Part shown: positions 10,401-22,436 of the stretch, one piece after another
Numbering within the stretch: position 1 is the first letter of the stretch
Layout: every line of letters begins with the position of its first letter
Assembly (NCBI GenBank): GCA_024704765.1
Contig: JAKMXF010000300.1
Coordinates: forward strand, 310,001-374,000
DNA from: Oopsacas minuta
Lineage: Eukaryota; Animalia; Porifera
DNA length: 64,000 nt
Direction: 5' to 3'
Made by a program: the position numbers and the translations under genes
The notes under the pieces: generated by a model
The model's input: the letters and a program-made list of their open reading frames with translations, nothing else
Database searches by the model: none
What the model was told of the DNA's origin: nothing

Positions 10401-13400
10401 TACACAGAGCTTATCTTCAAACAGCTCTGACATTTCATCTGAAGATGATGACTGTGAAACTTCGAAAAGCGAGGATCCGAAAAAATCAATCTTATTAGAT
10501 ACGGATATTTACAAGTTTGTATATTCTCGCGAGGATATTTACAGTGTTCGCGATTCGATCGGGATGATGACTGTCCCAGACAAGATAAAAGCCTGGCCTT
10601 ATATCTACCTCCCTGAATCCTGGGAGCTGGAAGTATCTCCTATAAAGAAGAACAGAATTAGGAGCTCTAACTCTGAATCTATGGATACTCGTGCACGTCA
10701 CATAAATATAATAAATGAAGAGTTACGTAAGAATGAGATGGTGTTCTCTCCCCAGAGACGCTCATTTGTGCGGGGGTGTATCTATCCAGTGTCCAGTGCT
10801 CCCCCACGTTCCCCCTCCAACGTATACGAGTACGCCCCTAGTCCCCCTCTACACCATACGGAGGCTATGTCAGCTCGTGGTCAGAGGTATGTCCCGCCAC
10901 ATGAGAGGCCTGGTCCTCCCCAACAGGGCCCCGGCCCTAGACCCTCTATGCAGAAAGGTGTGCGTCCAGCTGATGTGGATGACAATTGGAGAGGGAGCCG
11001 TATGAGACGTCCAGGTAATGAAACCCGAGAGTATGAACAACATGGAGGCTACAGGAGACACATTACTTCAGAGGATGACCATGAACCGGAATGGATGATG
11101 TACGGTCCTCAGTCTTCTGCTGAGACGATAGAGCTCAAAGGACTAGGGGCACGATCAGGAGGTCGTGAAGGGAGACATAATCATAAACAAGATGACGAGG
11201 GACAGTTCTCTGACGAAGATACTCCAGAATGGCTGGAATTCGGTCCTGTCTCCCAAACAGAATGTGTAGAGCTGAGAGGACTCAGAGATGAAGCAGCTGT
11301 GAGACGGAAGTTCCTGAACTCTCAGGGACAAAGCAGTGGTGGTAGTGATGACTCAAACAGACAATCTACTTCTAGTCCAGAAGATGAACCTGAATGGGCT
11401 AATGTGGAGATGTCAGATTTATCGGGAAATAAAAAGAAACCTGAGCTACTTAATAATCTATTCGGTAATGTATCTCTTGTTCAGAATCCTACAATCTCTA
11501 AACCATTACCAGTACATACAATGACACTAGATCAACTGGAGCATAGCTGCTCTCCACAAACTGAGACTAGGATGCCATTTAATTCTAATGGTAACAATCC
11601 TATAAACATGATGATGGCTCCACGGGCTTTCAATCCAATGCAGCATAGTGAACTCAATAGTCACACTCCTCCCAATAGTACAGGTGTATTCCAGCAGTTG
11701 CTGACGTCACTACAGATGCAGAAGCAAGGTCAGGTTGGTATGAGACAGCAACAACCTGTATACAAAGATCATAACATGCATATGAATATGAATACACCCA
11801 CTCTTTCTCAAGGATCACTGACCAATCCATTGCAGGGAATATCTATGCCAGTTCAGCAGCCATTTCAATTACCAAACTCACAAATGTCATATCCTAAGGA
11901 GCATACTATTCAACAACAATTCCCACCCCTACAGCGTCCTATAATGCCACGTCCACCTTCAGAGATGTCACCTAACCCCCAGACAAACGAGAAGGTAGAA
12001 TCTCGCATTAGAGATCTATTCAAGGTTAAAGAAGCAATCATTCAGGAGCCATTGACTCAGGAAGAAAAGATAATTCTTATCAATCGTATTGATGAGAATA
12101 TCAAACAGCTGAGAGCCTTAGCTCTTAAACTGAATGATCCTAATTCCCAGCATGGTCCTATCAATCAAGCCCAACCGCCAATATCTCGACCTCAGTTAGC
12201 ATCACATACTCAGAACGAGGCAAACAAGTTGAATCATAATCAGATGAGTAGCATTCCAATCAATTTCCCTAACAACGCATCTCTTGCTCAGGCATCTAAC
12301 AAGATTTTCAGCAATCAGACTCCATCTCCACTCGCAAATAACTTTCAGCCTCCTAATATAAATACTCTCCAGAATCAACAACAACAACCGATCGCATTCT
12401 TACAACAACTCCTCAACCGAAATATGACATCTCGTCCTACTGACATGCAGTTACCCATGGTGGGAGCTATGGGGCGTGGTATAGCCCCTCCTTACAATTT
12501 CTCACAGCCCACAAATTATACACAGCGTCCCGCACAACAGCTGAGACCCGCACAGAAACCCATTGGTATGCAGGCAAACACTCCTATTTCAGATATGGGA
12601 CTGGGAGAGCATATATTTGGTCAAACAGCTGTAACCAAGGAACAGGCTCGCACTCTCCTTCAGATGCAAGGAGCTCCGCCTGTGCAACCGGCTATATCCT
12701 CTCCCCTGTACCATGGTACAGTACATACCCAAAAGTAGCTCTTGTTCTACGAAGTATTAACTAAACGCGTACAATCAAGGAATAACTTACAAACCAGTTT
12801 TATTGAGTGCAAATTCTGAATGTTTAAATTTTAGAGTACGTATACATCGATTGTTCTTTCTGTGGGGGGGGCTAAACTGGAGTTATATGTGTCTTGTTTC
12901 AACGTTTCTCTCTCTCTCTCTCTTTCTTTTCAGAATCCATACACATTACTTAATTACGTACAGTATAGTAGTTTTGTTCAATATGATTGATTCTATTATT
13001 AGACACGGATTCTCTAATTTTACGTGCAGCAAATCAGTTGTTATTATTTTCATCTTGATCGGACACTTTATTATAGTGTTTCTTCAGTTTATTTTGGGAT
13101 AATATTGGGTTATTGGGTGTATAAATAATTGTTAGTTTTTTTAATGATTTTGGCAAATTTACTATTTTCGTATTCTCTTTCTCTCTCTCTTTTTTTGTTT
13201 CTTCAGGTCTTCACCAGTGTGTCTCTATTCGCTATCCTAATAGGCCCATTGAATGGATTCCCACTTGTACTCCAATGGATCGCAGAGGCGTGGGTATCTC
13301 TCGGGAGATTAAATAAATTTCTATCAGTTCAAGAGCTGAATGAAGAACGGTATTATTCAATGCAGCAGCGTAAGTCTATTGTTTCATATGAGTCACGTTG

Positions 13401-16400
13401 GTAAATTGGGATTTCTCTGAATAATACGAATCATTATAATTCCATTTAGCTGATGATCCTAGTATCGTGTTAGCTGTACAGAGAGGAAAGTTTTCTTGGG
13501 ACTCTAATAAGAAGAATAAGAAAATAAGGGAAACAATAGAAAGACCAACTTTGAAGTGTATAAATGTGGTTATACACTCAGGACAGTTTGTAGGTATCGT
13601 AGGACAGGTTGGCAGTGGAAAGAGTTCAATATTCTCCGCACTCACTATGGAGTTGAATAAGAGAGAAGGATCCATTTATTGTAAGAGAATCTTTGATAAA
13701 GAATTGTAATATAATCACATTGTTTAATAGACAAACATTTGCGTGAAGGCTTCGGTATTGTATCACAAGAAAGCTGGATACAGCACGGTACTATCAGAAG
13801 CAATATTCTATTCGGTATGGAGTATAACGCTGATTTGTATGAGAGGGTGGTCAGTGCATGTGCTCTTCTCCCTGACTTTGCGCTAGCATACAATAGCGAC
13901 CTCACAGAAGTAAGAAAACATACTTAGAGTCCTACGAAATATAATTACTTGATAAAATTTAAGGATGCACATAGCAACAATCTTTGAACAGATAGAATGA
14001 AACCTCACCCAATTGTATATAGGCGATTATTATTGTATTTATATGTTATTTTATAGGTGGGTGAGAATGGAGTCAATCTTAGCGGCGGTCAAAAAGCGCG
14101 AATTAACCTAGCTAGAGCTTGTTACCAACAGAAACCATGCTTACTATTAGATGACCCGCTCTCTGCAGTAGATGCTAATGTTGCTCAGCACATACTAGCT
14201 AACTGTCTGCATAAACTGTTATCTCGTAAAACTAGGATTCTAATAACACACCGTGTAGAATTACTCAAATCTGTAGATGTAGTATTCGTAATTAATGAAG
14301 GTAAAGTAGTGACTGCGGGTTCCCCTGATAAAATCCTACCTTCTGTGGAGAGTAGTTTTGAAGTAGAAAGGATGAAAGGAGTAGTTAAGACTGATGAGAT
14401 TACAGAAGTAGTAGCGAATGATATTAACGGGGATGGAGCAGTATTAGTTAAGGAGGAAGAGAAATGTACTGGACCAGTCAAGTATGTTATTTTATAAGTA
14501 CAGTCAACTCCTGTAATAGGTCAAATTTTGTCCTAAACCGTTAAAGTAACATAAATTCGCGGTCCCTTGAGCCTTGATGTAACGTGAGTTGACTATTGTA
14601 GACATTTGTATTATAAGGGTATATCTATAGACCTAAAATCTACTGGTCATATTGGAGATCAATTGGACATGTATTCGCGTTCTTAATTCTACTCACAATG
14701 CTAATAATGGAATCTTCTAAGAGAATCACAGACGTTTGGCTATCCATATGGACAACAGCCAATATAACACAAAATCACACTAACAATAATATAAGCATAG
14801 TCCAGGTAAGTGATAGCTATAATACCCAATAATATTATTCCAGTAAATTTAATCAAGAACGTATATTATATCTAAGCTATATATCAATATCATACATTTA
14901 CAGGTTAAAATTTCTGACATTAGACATGTACGTATTAGCACTGGTAGACAGGTTTAACATAGAAGGTAAGAATGCATAATTAACAATGAAAAGCAGTAAC
15001 CTGTCTTGAACGGCGTAATACATAGAAAACATTGATAATAGTAAAACTCATCCAATCATTGTACCGTACGTATGTATAAGAATATTCTTATTTTGAAAGA
15101 GGGCAAAATGCTTCTAGGATACTTTTAGCCATTTCGATATTATTCTTCGCAATTCCGAATGCGCGTGCTATCTCATCCTCTGGATACCCAAGTGCCCTTA
15201 GCTCTTGTTTGGCTAGCTGGCTGTCCTCTTTCTTCATCGGAGCTTTCACAAGTTTGGGAGGGAGTGGTGGCATCAATACGTCCTCTTTTTTCATCTCAAT
15301 GATGTTCTGCGGCTTTAGGTTGATGTAATTGCTATCATTTGGTACTTCCATCTGATTTATAATTCTAGATATTGCAACGCCTTCATTAGAAAACGGATTA
15401 CTGAATTCTAATTCAGATAGTTGAGTTGGGGTGTCGTCCTTAAAAGGGTCTTGTTCAAGGAGTACCTTAGATTTAGGGTCTATGTCTAAATCATCCAAGA
15501 AGGGATTTCCTTCTGAAATGTTCCGTTTGAAATCTGGAGGATTCATAGCAGCTATATCTCTAGATTCGTCTATCTTTATCAAATCATTTGTTGGTATAGT
15601 AAATTGCGAATTTGTAATAGAGTTTTCTGAACATAAACTAGTTGGTGAAACTTGTTTATTATCAGAAAACGCTATTACACATTCTCCATTGACATCTGTC
15701 GCGATGACGTCAGCATACTTTAGTGTACGATTGCCTTCATCATGTATTCCCTGAAGGTCTCCATAGTTTGGATTTTGTAACACATCCACATCGATGTACG
15801 TGATCTTTTCTTTTTTATGCTCTTTCTTCTCAGTAGGGAGAAGTGATGTTTGTTGATGAGATAGTAAGATCGATTCCTCGTTTGTTTCATCTCCTATTTC
15901 TCGTCGGTTTGGGGAGCTATTCGTTTGTTTCAATACACTTTTCTTACTGATACTCGCATAGCCAGCTATTACTTGGTCTCCTTCATTCTGGATAGGAGCC
16001 TCACTGCTATCTATTATATTCTCAGTATCGAACTTTTGTAAGTTCTCTCGCTTCTTTAAACGAGTACATTTTTCAGTAGAAATGCTTTTGCTTCGTTCTC
16101 CTAAGTTTGGTAAATCATTTAGTTGTGCATTAGCCTCAGCTCCAGTAGGTTGCATACGTTTTGGATCATATACACTGTTTATTCGTCGACCTCCTCTACT
16201 TGGAAGGGGTGGTGGAATTGTTTTTCCTTCAGTGTGAGTCTTATTTTCGGTAGACCTTACTCGAATTACAGGTGAATCATCACTATTTTCATCAAGTAAG
16301 GAATTTGGTTCTTTTGGAAGGGGACGTGATGTCTTAACCCCGGGACCGTTCCTCCCATTAGACTCGTAATCTGCATCAGGAACAGCTGAGTATTCCGCAT

Positions 16401-19400
16401 CGATATGAAAAGGGTCTACAACGATGTTACAGCTGTCTCGAATATCTTCACGACAGAATGGGCATTTTGTGCCTCCGCAATCCACCCATGAATGTAGACA
16501 CTCCTGACACATTAAATGACCACATGGCTCTAGCTTAACATCTTTGTTCCTTTCAGCACATATCTTACATAACTGGAAAGTTGTCCCGATTTCGCAGTAT
16601 ATATCATACTGCTCTTGTGTTACACGGATATGATCTTTGGAGGTGACAGTAACTGCAGCTCTCAGATCAGGATTATGGTCTTCACCATTGGGATAAAGAT
16701 AGAACCCCTCCTGAGAGCCTTCTAACAGTGCTTGTATGAGGGATTTGTTCTGTGGAATTGTCTGTAAGATGTTACCGTCATGTGTGACGTAACCAATTGC
16801 CCATTGTCCCAATCGTGTACAGGAGAGACGGAAAATATAAGTTCCCGGTTTGTTTATGAATTCGGTTAGTCTAGCTTTGACTTCGTCGTAAGTTAGAAAC
16901 GCTTTATAGCCAACATGCTTGACTACTAAGTTATTCCAGTTCACAAGGATATTAGGCCAAGGTTGGAAGAGACGGGTGAATACGTCAAACTCGAATACTG
17001 AGATGTGGTCGCTGTGTGAAAGGTCCATAGTTGTTTTGAGAGCTGAAGCTTCCATTTGGTCGTTAATCTGGTGGACTAATTCTAATTTTGCTCGGAAATC
17101 GGACCAGGTTACGAGAGGCTGTCCGGGGAAATGTGTGTGCCAGAAATCAGCTGCGTCTGCTTTGGTTATGCGAAAATCTACGCCTAAGAATTTCCCGCTT
17201 GGCGGTGGAAACATTGCCTTCAGCTCTGTAGCCATGTGACTGAATATAAGACTCATTTTAGTTAGCGTCCGTCTTGATTCGCTTGTCTCTATGTAGATCT
17301 GATCTTTAGCTGTAGAGAACAGTTTTATAACTTGCTTACATTTTGTGTTGAAGTTCTCGATAAAAACTTGAAAATAGAAGAACTCTGCCAGCGAATTTGG
17401 TTCGCTTTCGTAAGCATGCATGATTAGTTTCAGATGTTGGTACGTATCTGGTAAGATGTCAAGTATAAAAGGAGGGCTATTCTTCAGAGACATTTTTCTG
17501 TTGGAACACAGAGTTACAACTTTATCCATACTCTTCCATAACCTCTCGACATGACGCTTTTCAACCGGTTGATATTTTGGTATTGCTCCTGCCCCGTTAG
17601 TTGCATTTGGTGCTGCTCCTTTGAGTCGATCAGATGCTGATTGGAAAAACCCCCTCAGTCCGTTCAAAGCTTTATTTCCTTCCATCATTGCCATTTGAGT
17701 TTGTAACTCGCTATCAAAATTTATTGTTAGTCAAGATATTGGGAGTAATACACGAATTAGGCATAAGCCTAAACCATACACTATTCCCCACATTTATGGT
17801 ATAAGATTTCTCCGTTTTAGTAAGACATATATTGGAGGATATTTGATCCCTTGACATGAAATATTTGAGATACAAACTAAAGGGTTATGAACAAAATGAA
17901 TTTACAAATTATTTCATTGTACCCAAAGCCTTGCAGTTTTCATTGTTTCAGAGTTCTGAATTGATAAATGTTAATTCTTACAAGTGACTGTTCTTTTATG
18001 TCGAATGTAGAATAAAGTTGTTTCTGTGAAACCTAAATGAAGCCTTAATTGGTATAATTATCTACATAGCTGCAATACTCGAGTTACTCCATTTGTGTTA
18101 TGCGTCAGGTTTGACATTAGCCATTTTACCACTTTCTATTAACGTATATTATGTGTTTGTATGTTAATGCTACTCTCCATCATGATTTATATCATTGCAT
18201 TTTGCACACACGAGCTATCGAGTTGTTGGTGCTTGCTGGATTTATGATTACCTTATATTACTTACGATAACACAGTATTTCATTATTCCTTAGAATTTAT
18301 AATATGGTTAATAAATCTCTTTATATTCATATCAATGATTACGTGGTCAATTTACGGAGATTGCCTAATCAGTGCTTCAACCACGATATATTGCTTGATT
18401 TTACTGAGAGCAACTTGGATACCTACTATGTATATATTCTAAGTTTTGTCCAATTGTCCATTTACAATCATGCCCGAATTCCAGGCTTATTGTGTATTTT
18501 GCTATTGCTAGTATGGGTAAGACTTCAAAAGACAAACGTGACATATATTATCGCTTAGCTAAAGAAGAAGGATGGAGAGCTCGTAGTGCTTATAAATTAT
18601 TACAAATTGATGACCAGTTTAAGATTATTGAAGGTGCGAAGAGAGTTGTTGATCTATGTGCTGCTCCTGGTAGCTGGTCACAGGTACTATCCCGTAGATT
18701 GAGACCTGATCAAGATCCTAGTGTTAAAATTGTAGCTGTAGATCTACAAGCAATGTCTCCATTACCTGGTGTAACTCAATTACAGGGTGATATAACTTCT
18801 GAGGTAACAGCTAATGAGATTATAGCCCATTTTGAAGGAGCACATGCAGATGTTGTTGTATGTGATGGAGCACCTGACGTAACAGGAATACATGATCTGG
18901 ATGAGTATATACAAGCACAGTTGTTACTAGCTGCGCTTAATATCACTACACATGTGTTAAAACCGAATGGAGCATTTGTAGCAAAGATATTTCGCGGGAA
19001 AGATGTTTCGCTTCTCTTTATGCAGCTTCAGTTATTCTTCAAACATGTAAGCTGTGCAAAACCGCGAGCTAGCAGAAACTCAAGCATTGAAGCATTTGTA
19101 GTCTGCCAGAACTATTCACCACCTGATGGGTACATCCCCAATATGGCTAACCCCCTGCTTAATCCTCAATCTTGTCCAGACTTCTCTCAGTTAGGAGGTA
19201 TAAATAGAGCAATTGTACCATTTGTTGTGTGTGGAGATCTCAACTGTTTGGATGCTGATAAGAACTATTCACTCGATGAGCTTGAAGATAGAGAATATAA
19301 ACAGCTGGAACCGACACAAGCACCTATTCATCCACCCTATGAAACAGCTCTTAATATGAAGAAATCTGGACAAGCTTGTATCCCACCACTGATAGATGAC

Positions 19401-21852
19401 GTCATCATAGAAGAGATGGTAGCATCTGATAACGAGTTTGAGGACGGGATACCTCTTGATATTCTCACAGAGCTATCGATCTCTCAAGAAATACAGCCTG
19501 ATCTAATCCCTGATCTACCTGATAACGAACCTTTACTTCCTCCCGACTTTCTTATTAACAAGTTATGAACCTCTTTATTTCATTTACTTATTTTGCTAGC
19601 TTTATTGATATAACGAATGATTTCTAATGATCATCCATGATTTACAATATTTTGACTGTACGTTTTTGTTAAGGTTATTCCTAAAATTCTGATTGACTGT
19701 ATCCCACTATTCTTATAGAGCACACAATCAGCTGATACGTTATACTATCTCAGTATATATGCCGGGTTAAGTATTGCTACATGTGTTGTTACTATCCTCA
19801 GAGCTGGATCATTTGCTATCGGTACATTCAAGGCTTCTAAACTCATACACTCTAAGCTTTATCATCAAATGACAAGAGCTACAGTATGTTCCTTAATTTA
19901 CAGAATTCTGTTACAAATAATTATTGGATAAATTATAGATCCTATTCTTTGACTCAACTCCTATCGGAAGAATTCTTAACAGATTTTCCTCTGATCTCTA
20001 CACAATTGATTTTGACCTTCCCTTCAATCTTAACATATTTCTGGCTCAGATATTCTCTCTCATTGGAGCTCTTATCATTACCATATATGGATTGCCTCTA
20101 ATTATAATTCTACTTCTCTTGCTCAGTGTGTTCTATTTCCTATTGCAACACTTCTACAGGAGAACTTCCAGAGAGCTGAAGAGGATCGCTAGCATTAGTA
20201 TGTCTCCTGTATATTCACATTTTACTGAGACATTCACTGGTATAGCTACTATAAAAGGAATGAGGTAATACATGTATTTATTGGAAATCGATTATTTGAT
20301 TTATTCCTGAATTTTACAGGGCTGCTGAGAGATTCTTCCTGAATAATATTGAGAATGTTGACAGGAATCAACAAGCTAATTTCACTTCTAATATTGCTTC
20401 TGGCTGGTTCCGTATTCGTATACAGGCTATATCTATTGTAGTTGTTACAGGTGTAGGGCTATTTGCTGTGTTGCAACATCAATTCTTATTACCAGTAAGT
20501 TAATGAGTAAGTAGACCCGAACATTAAATTCCGAAACCTCGGAATAACGATGACAACTTCTTTAACCGCCATTAAGAATAGAGATTATTATGAATACAGT
20601 GGAAACCTCTGCAAACAGAGTGAAAATCGATGGAATTCCTAGTCCTATACAAATGAACCGCCATAAACGAGGAATTTGGTAGAACAGGGTAGCATTTTCG
20701 GTGTCCCTGCTTCCAGTTTGTGGAGTTTACACTGTATTTTCAGGATTACGGCCAGCTGTAAATTGTAGAGCTATTCCCAATAAATTCAAATTGTTGTTTA
20801 GGTGAATCCAGGTCTGCTAGGTCTCGCTCTATCCTACGCAATTACCCTTACCGGTATACTGGGTAGTACAATAGAGACTTTCACTCAGTTAGAAATGCTT
20901 ATGGTAGCAATTGAGCGTATTGATGAGTATTCTAATAACACACCTGTTGAGAATATTCTAGCACTTGAACGCAAAGAACGTCATCATGAGTCAGTTACTT
21001 TAAACATTATATCAACCCGTGTATTTAATTGGTGCACTATTATAGGGGTAGAGTTATTTATTGGACTGCTCGTGCTCCCTCTGTTACTTTTGACAATGTT
21101 ACACTTGAATACAGAGAGGGGCTACCTCGAGCTTTGAAGGGAGTAACATTTCATTTGGATGCTGGAGAGAAATTGGGTGTAGCCGGTCGTACTGGTGCTG
21201 GTAAGTCAAGCTTGATAAGAGTATTGTTCAGACTGGTTGAGATCTGTGGTGGAAGGATTCTTCTTGATAACGTAGATATAATGGAGTACTCTCTACAAGA
21301 TTTGAGGACTAACTTAGCTGCTATCCCACAAGACCCGTTTCTGTTCAGTGGCACTGTAAGAGAAAATCTTTCTCCTGATACTAAAAGGTAACTTCATACT
21401 TTCACTAGTTTTTGTAATTGTTATTATTAATATATAATAGGTTTAATGATGGAGACTATTGGAGCTCACTTGAAGACACATATCTGAAAACAGCTGTTCA
21501 GAAAATGGGTGGACTTGATGCAAATGTCGGTATTGGTGGGAAGAAGTTCTCTGTTGGTCAAAAGCAGTTGTTGTGTTTAGCTCGTGCTATCTTGACAAAA
21601 CCGAAGGTTCTTTGTATCGACGAAGCAACTGCTAATATAGATTCTGAGACTGATACTCAAATACAAAATGTTATACAGACCAAATTCTATTACAGCACTG
21701 TTATCACTATAGCTCATCGTGTCAATACTATTCTACACTGTGATAAGATTCTTGTTATGGAGAATGGAAGAGTGGTAGAGTTCTCCACCCCTAAGGCCCT
21801 TCTAAACGATCCTAATTCTGGATTCTACTTGTTGGCAACTCAATCAATATAG
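7421..21852 (+). CDS. ABCC10: ABC transporter C family, MRP7-like; multi-exon host gene
   Basis: TMD0, TMD1, NBD1 ([35 protein letters not shown]), TMD2 ([17 protein letters not shown]), NBD2 ([29 protein letters not shown]). In-frame GT-AG introns deduced include 7943-8031, 8484-8513, 9244-9337, 9494-13206, 13370-13449, 13681-13730, 13910-14056, 14482-14630, 14806-19718, 19884-19938, 20265-20319, 20495-20801, 20990-21045, 21388-21440, plus one near 8870-8928. The start could instead be the ATG at 7394. Confidence 0.88.
10207..12738 (+). CDS. EIF4ENIF1: eIF4E transporter (4E-T)-like, nested on the same strand in an ABCC10 intron
   Basis: eIF4E-binding-like YSREDIY followed by PESW; [11 protein letters not shown]; Cup-homology motif [20 protein letters not shown]; Q/P/N-rich C-terminus. 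First in-frame ATG at 10207 (ORF-track start at 10078 is TTG). Intronless. Confidence 0.85.
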   Translation: MSDNSNNKTNDILPKFPYTAKPVTHSLRNNNSDTAPSSDNNSNPNMQDRTMPKIILSGKPAYYKRTQSLSSNSSDISSEDDDCETSKSEDPKKSILLDTDIYKFVYSREDIYSVRDSIGMMTVPDKIKAWPYIYLPESWELEVSPIKKNRIRSSNSESMDTRARHINIINEELRKNEMVFSPQRRSFVRGCIYPVSSAPPRSPSNVYEYAPSPPLHHTEAMSARGQRYVPPHERPGPPQQGPGPRPSMQKGVRPADVDDNWRGSRMRRPGNETREYEQHGGYRRHITSEDDHEPEWMMYGPQSSAETIELKGLGARSGGREGRHNHKQDDEGQFSDEDTPEWLEFGPVSQTECVELRGLRDEAAVRRKFLNSQGQSSGGSDDSNRQSTSSPEDEPEWANVEMSDLSGNKKKPELLNNLFGNVSLVQNPTISKPLPVHTMTLDQLEHSCSPQTETRMPFNSNGNNPINMMMAPRAFNPMQHSELNSHTPPNSTGVFQQLLTSLQMQKQGQVGMRQQQPVYKDHNMHMNMNTPTLSQGSLTNPLQGISMPVQQPFQLPNSQMSYPKEHTIQQQFPPLQRPIMPRPPSEMSPNPQTNEKVESRIRDLFKVKEAIIQEPLTQEEKIILINRIDENIKQLRALALKLNDPNSQHGPINQAQPPISRPQLASHTQNEANKLNHNQMSSIPINFPNNASLAQASNKIFSNQTPSPLANNFQPPNINTLQNQQQQPIAFLQQLLNRNMTSRPTDMQLPMVGAMGRGIAPPYNFSQPTNYTQRPAQQLRPAQKPIGMQANTPISDMGLGEHIFGQTAVTKEQARTLLQMQGAPPVQPAISSPLYHGTVHTQK
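14501..14594. mobile_element. MITE-like element in an ABCC10 intron
   Basis: ta|cagtcaactc ... gagttgact terminal inverted repeat, TA on the left flank. Confidence 0.5.
15088..17694 (-). CDS. CBL: E3 ubiquitin ligase Cbl (TKB-RING-proline-rich-UBA), nested antisense in an ABCC10 intron
   Basis: [50 protein letters not shown], linker [38 protein letters not shown]-terminal UBA. Intronless. Confidence 0.95.
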   Translation of the reverse strand: MAMMEGNKALNGLRGFFQSASDRLKGAAPNATNGAGAIPKYQPVEKRHVERLWKSMDKVVTLCSNRKMSLKNSPPFILDILPDTYQHLKLIMHAYESEPNSLAEFFYFQVFIENFNTKCKQVIKLFSTAKDQIYIETSESRRTLTKMSLIFSHMATELKAMFPPPSGKFLGVDFRITKADAADFWHTHFPGQPLVTWSDFRAKLELVHQINDQMEASALKTTMDLSHSDHISVFEFDVFTRLFQPWPNILVNWNNLVVKHVGYKAFLTYDEVKARLTEFINKPGTYIFRLSCTRLGQWAIGYVTHDGNILQTIPQNKSLIQALLEGSQEGFYLYPNGEDHNPDLRAAVTVTSKDHIRVTQEQYDIYCEIGTTFQLCKICAERNKDVKLEPCGHLMCQECLHSWVDCGGTKCPFCREDIRDSCNIVVDPFHIDAEYSAVPDADYESNGRNGPGVKTSRPLPKEPNSLLDENSDDSPVIRVRSTENKTHTEGKTIPPPLPSRGGRRINSVYDPKRMQPTGAEANAQLNDLPNLGERSKSISTEKCTRLKKRENLQKFDTENIIDSSEAPIQNEGDQVIAGYASISKKSVLKQTNSSPNRREIGDETNEESILLSHQQTSLLPTEKKEHKKEKITYIDVDVLQNPNYGDLQGIHDEGNRTLKYADVIATDVNGECVIAFSDNKQVSPTSLCSENSITNSQFTIPTNDLIKIDESRDIAAMNPPDFKRNISEGNPFLDDLDIDPKSKVLLEQDPFKDDTPTQLSELEFSNPFSNEGVAISRIINQMEVPNDSNYINLKPQNIIEMKKEDVLMPPLPPKLVKAPMKKEDSQLAKQELRALGYPEDEIARAFGIAKNNIEMAKSILEAFCPLSK
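17695..18512. promoter_or_regulatory. Putative bidirectional promoter between CBL (-) and FTSJ1 (+), inside an ABCC10 intron
   Basis: Inferred only from the head-to-head arrangement (818 nt); no specific motif identified. Confidence 0.4.
18513..19568 (+). CDS. FTSJ1: tRNA (cytidine32/guanosine34-2'-O)-methyltransferase Trm7/FTSJ1, nested on the same strand in an ABCC10 intron
   Basis: [75 protein letters not shown]. Intronless. Confidence 0.96.
   Translation: MGKTSKDKRDIYYRLAKEEGWRARSAYKLLQIDDQFKIIEGAKRVVDLCAAPGSWSQVLSRRLRPDQDPSVKIVAVDLQAMSPLPGVTQLQGDITSEVTANEIIAHFEGAHADVVVCDGAPDVTGIHDLDEYIQAQLLLAALNITTHVLKPNGAFVAKIFRGKDVSLLFMQLQLFFKHVSCAKPRASRNSSIEAFVVCQNYSPPDGYIPNMANPLLNPQSCPDFSQLGGINRAIVPFVVCGDLNCLDADKNYSLDELEDREYKQLEPTQAPIHPPYETALNMKKSGQACIPPLIDDVIIEEMVASDNEFEDGIPLDILTELSISQEIQPDLIPDLPDNEPLLPPDFLINKL
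20597..20734. mobile_element. MITE-like element with TA flanks in an ABCC10 intron
   Basis: ta|cagtggaaacctctgcaaac ... gtttgtggagtttacactg|ta: imperfect ~20-bp TIR with TA on both sides, typical of Tc1/mariner/pogo-derived MITEs. Confidence 0.6.
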
Positions 21853-22118
21853 TTTATACTCTCTTCTACCCACAAGTCTTAGAACATTTATTTACTTATA
21901 CTCTTTCATATATTTCGAACGATAGGTTCATTTTCGCTTTGCAAATTATAATTCATCATCTACTGATTCCTAATTGTGTAACTCTTAATATGTAGTGCAT
22001 ATGGCTCCTCATAGCCAACCAATGGTCAGCTTTCGTCTACATACAATTATGCTTGATTATCTTAGAGGTATTTATACCAGTTGAGTAACTGATTATTTAA
22101 TTGTTTAAGCTTGTGTTA

Positions 22119-22436
22119 ATGGGAGACCCTGATAAAGGCGCTAAGATATTCAAAACACGCTGTGCGCAATGCCACACAACTGAAAAGGGAGGTAAGCACA
22201 AAACTGGGCCAAATCTCAACGGGTTATTCGGTAGAAAAACAGGCCAAGCTGTAGGCTTCACATACACTGATGCTAACAAGAATAAAGGTATTACATGGGG
22301 AGAAGATACTCTCTTCATTTATCTGGAGAACCCTAAGAAGTATATTCCTGGCACGAAGATGGTGTTTGCTGGCCTCAAGAAAACAGGAGAGAGAAACGAC
22401 TTAATCGCTCACTTGAAATCAGCGACTAGTAAATAA
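22119..22436 (+). CDS. CYCS: Cytochrome c
   Basis: [19 protein letters not shown] (CXXCH haem motif), [25 protein letters not shown]. First ATG at 22119. Confidence 0.98.
   Translation: MGDPDKGAKIFKTRCAQCHTTEKGGKHKTGPNLNGLFGRKTGQAVGFTYTDANKNKGITWGEDTLFIYLENPKKYIPGTKMVFAGLKKTGERNDLIAHLKSATSK

Noticed and set aside
6327-19568. OSGEP and FTSJ1 as a functional tRNA anticodon-loop modification cluster
   Set aside because: Only two genes, 11 kb apart, among functionally unrelated neighbours; chance linkage is sufficient.
22119-22436. Cytochrome c as a processed pseudogene or organellar insertion
   Set aside because: The ORF is intact with all haem-binding residues, cytochrome c is nuclear-encoded, and intronlessness is common in this window.
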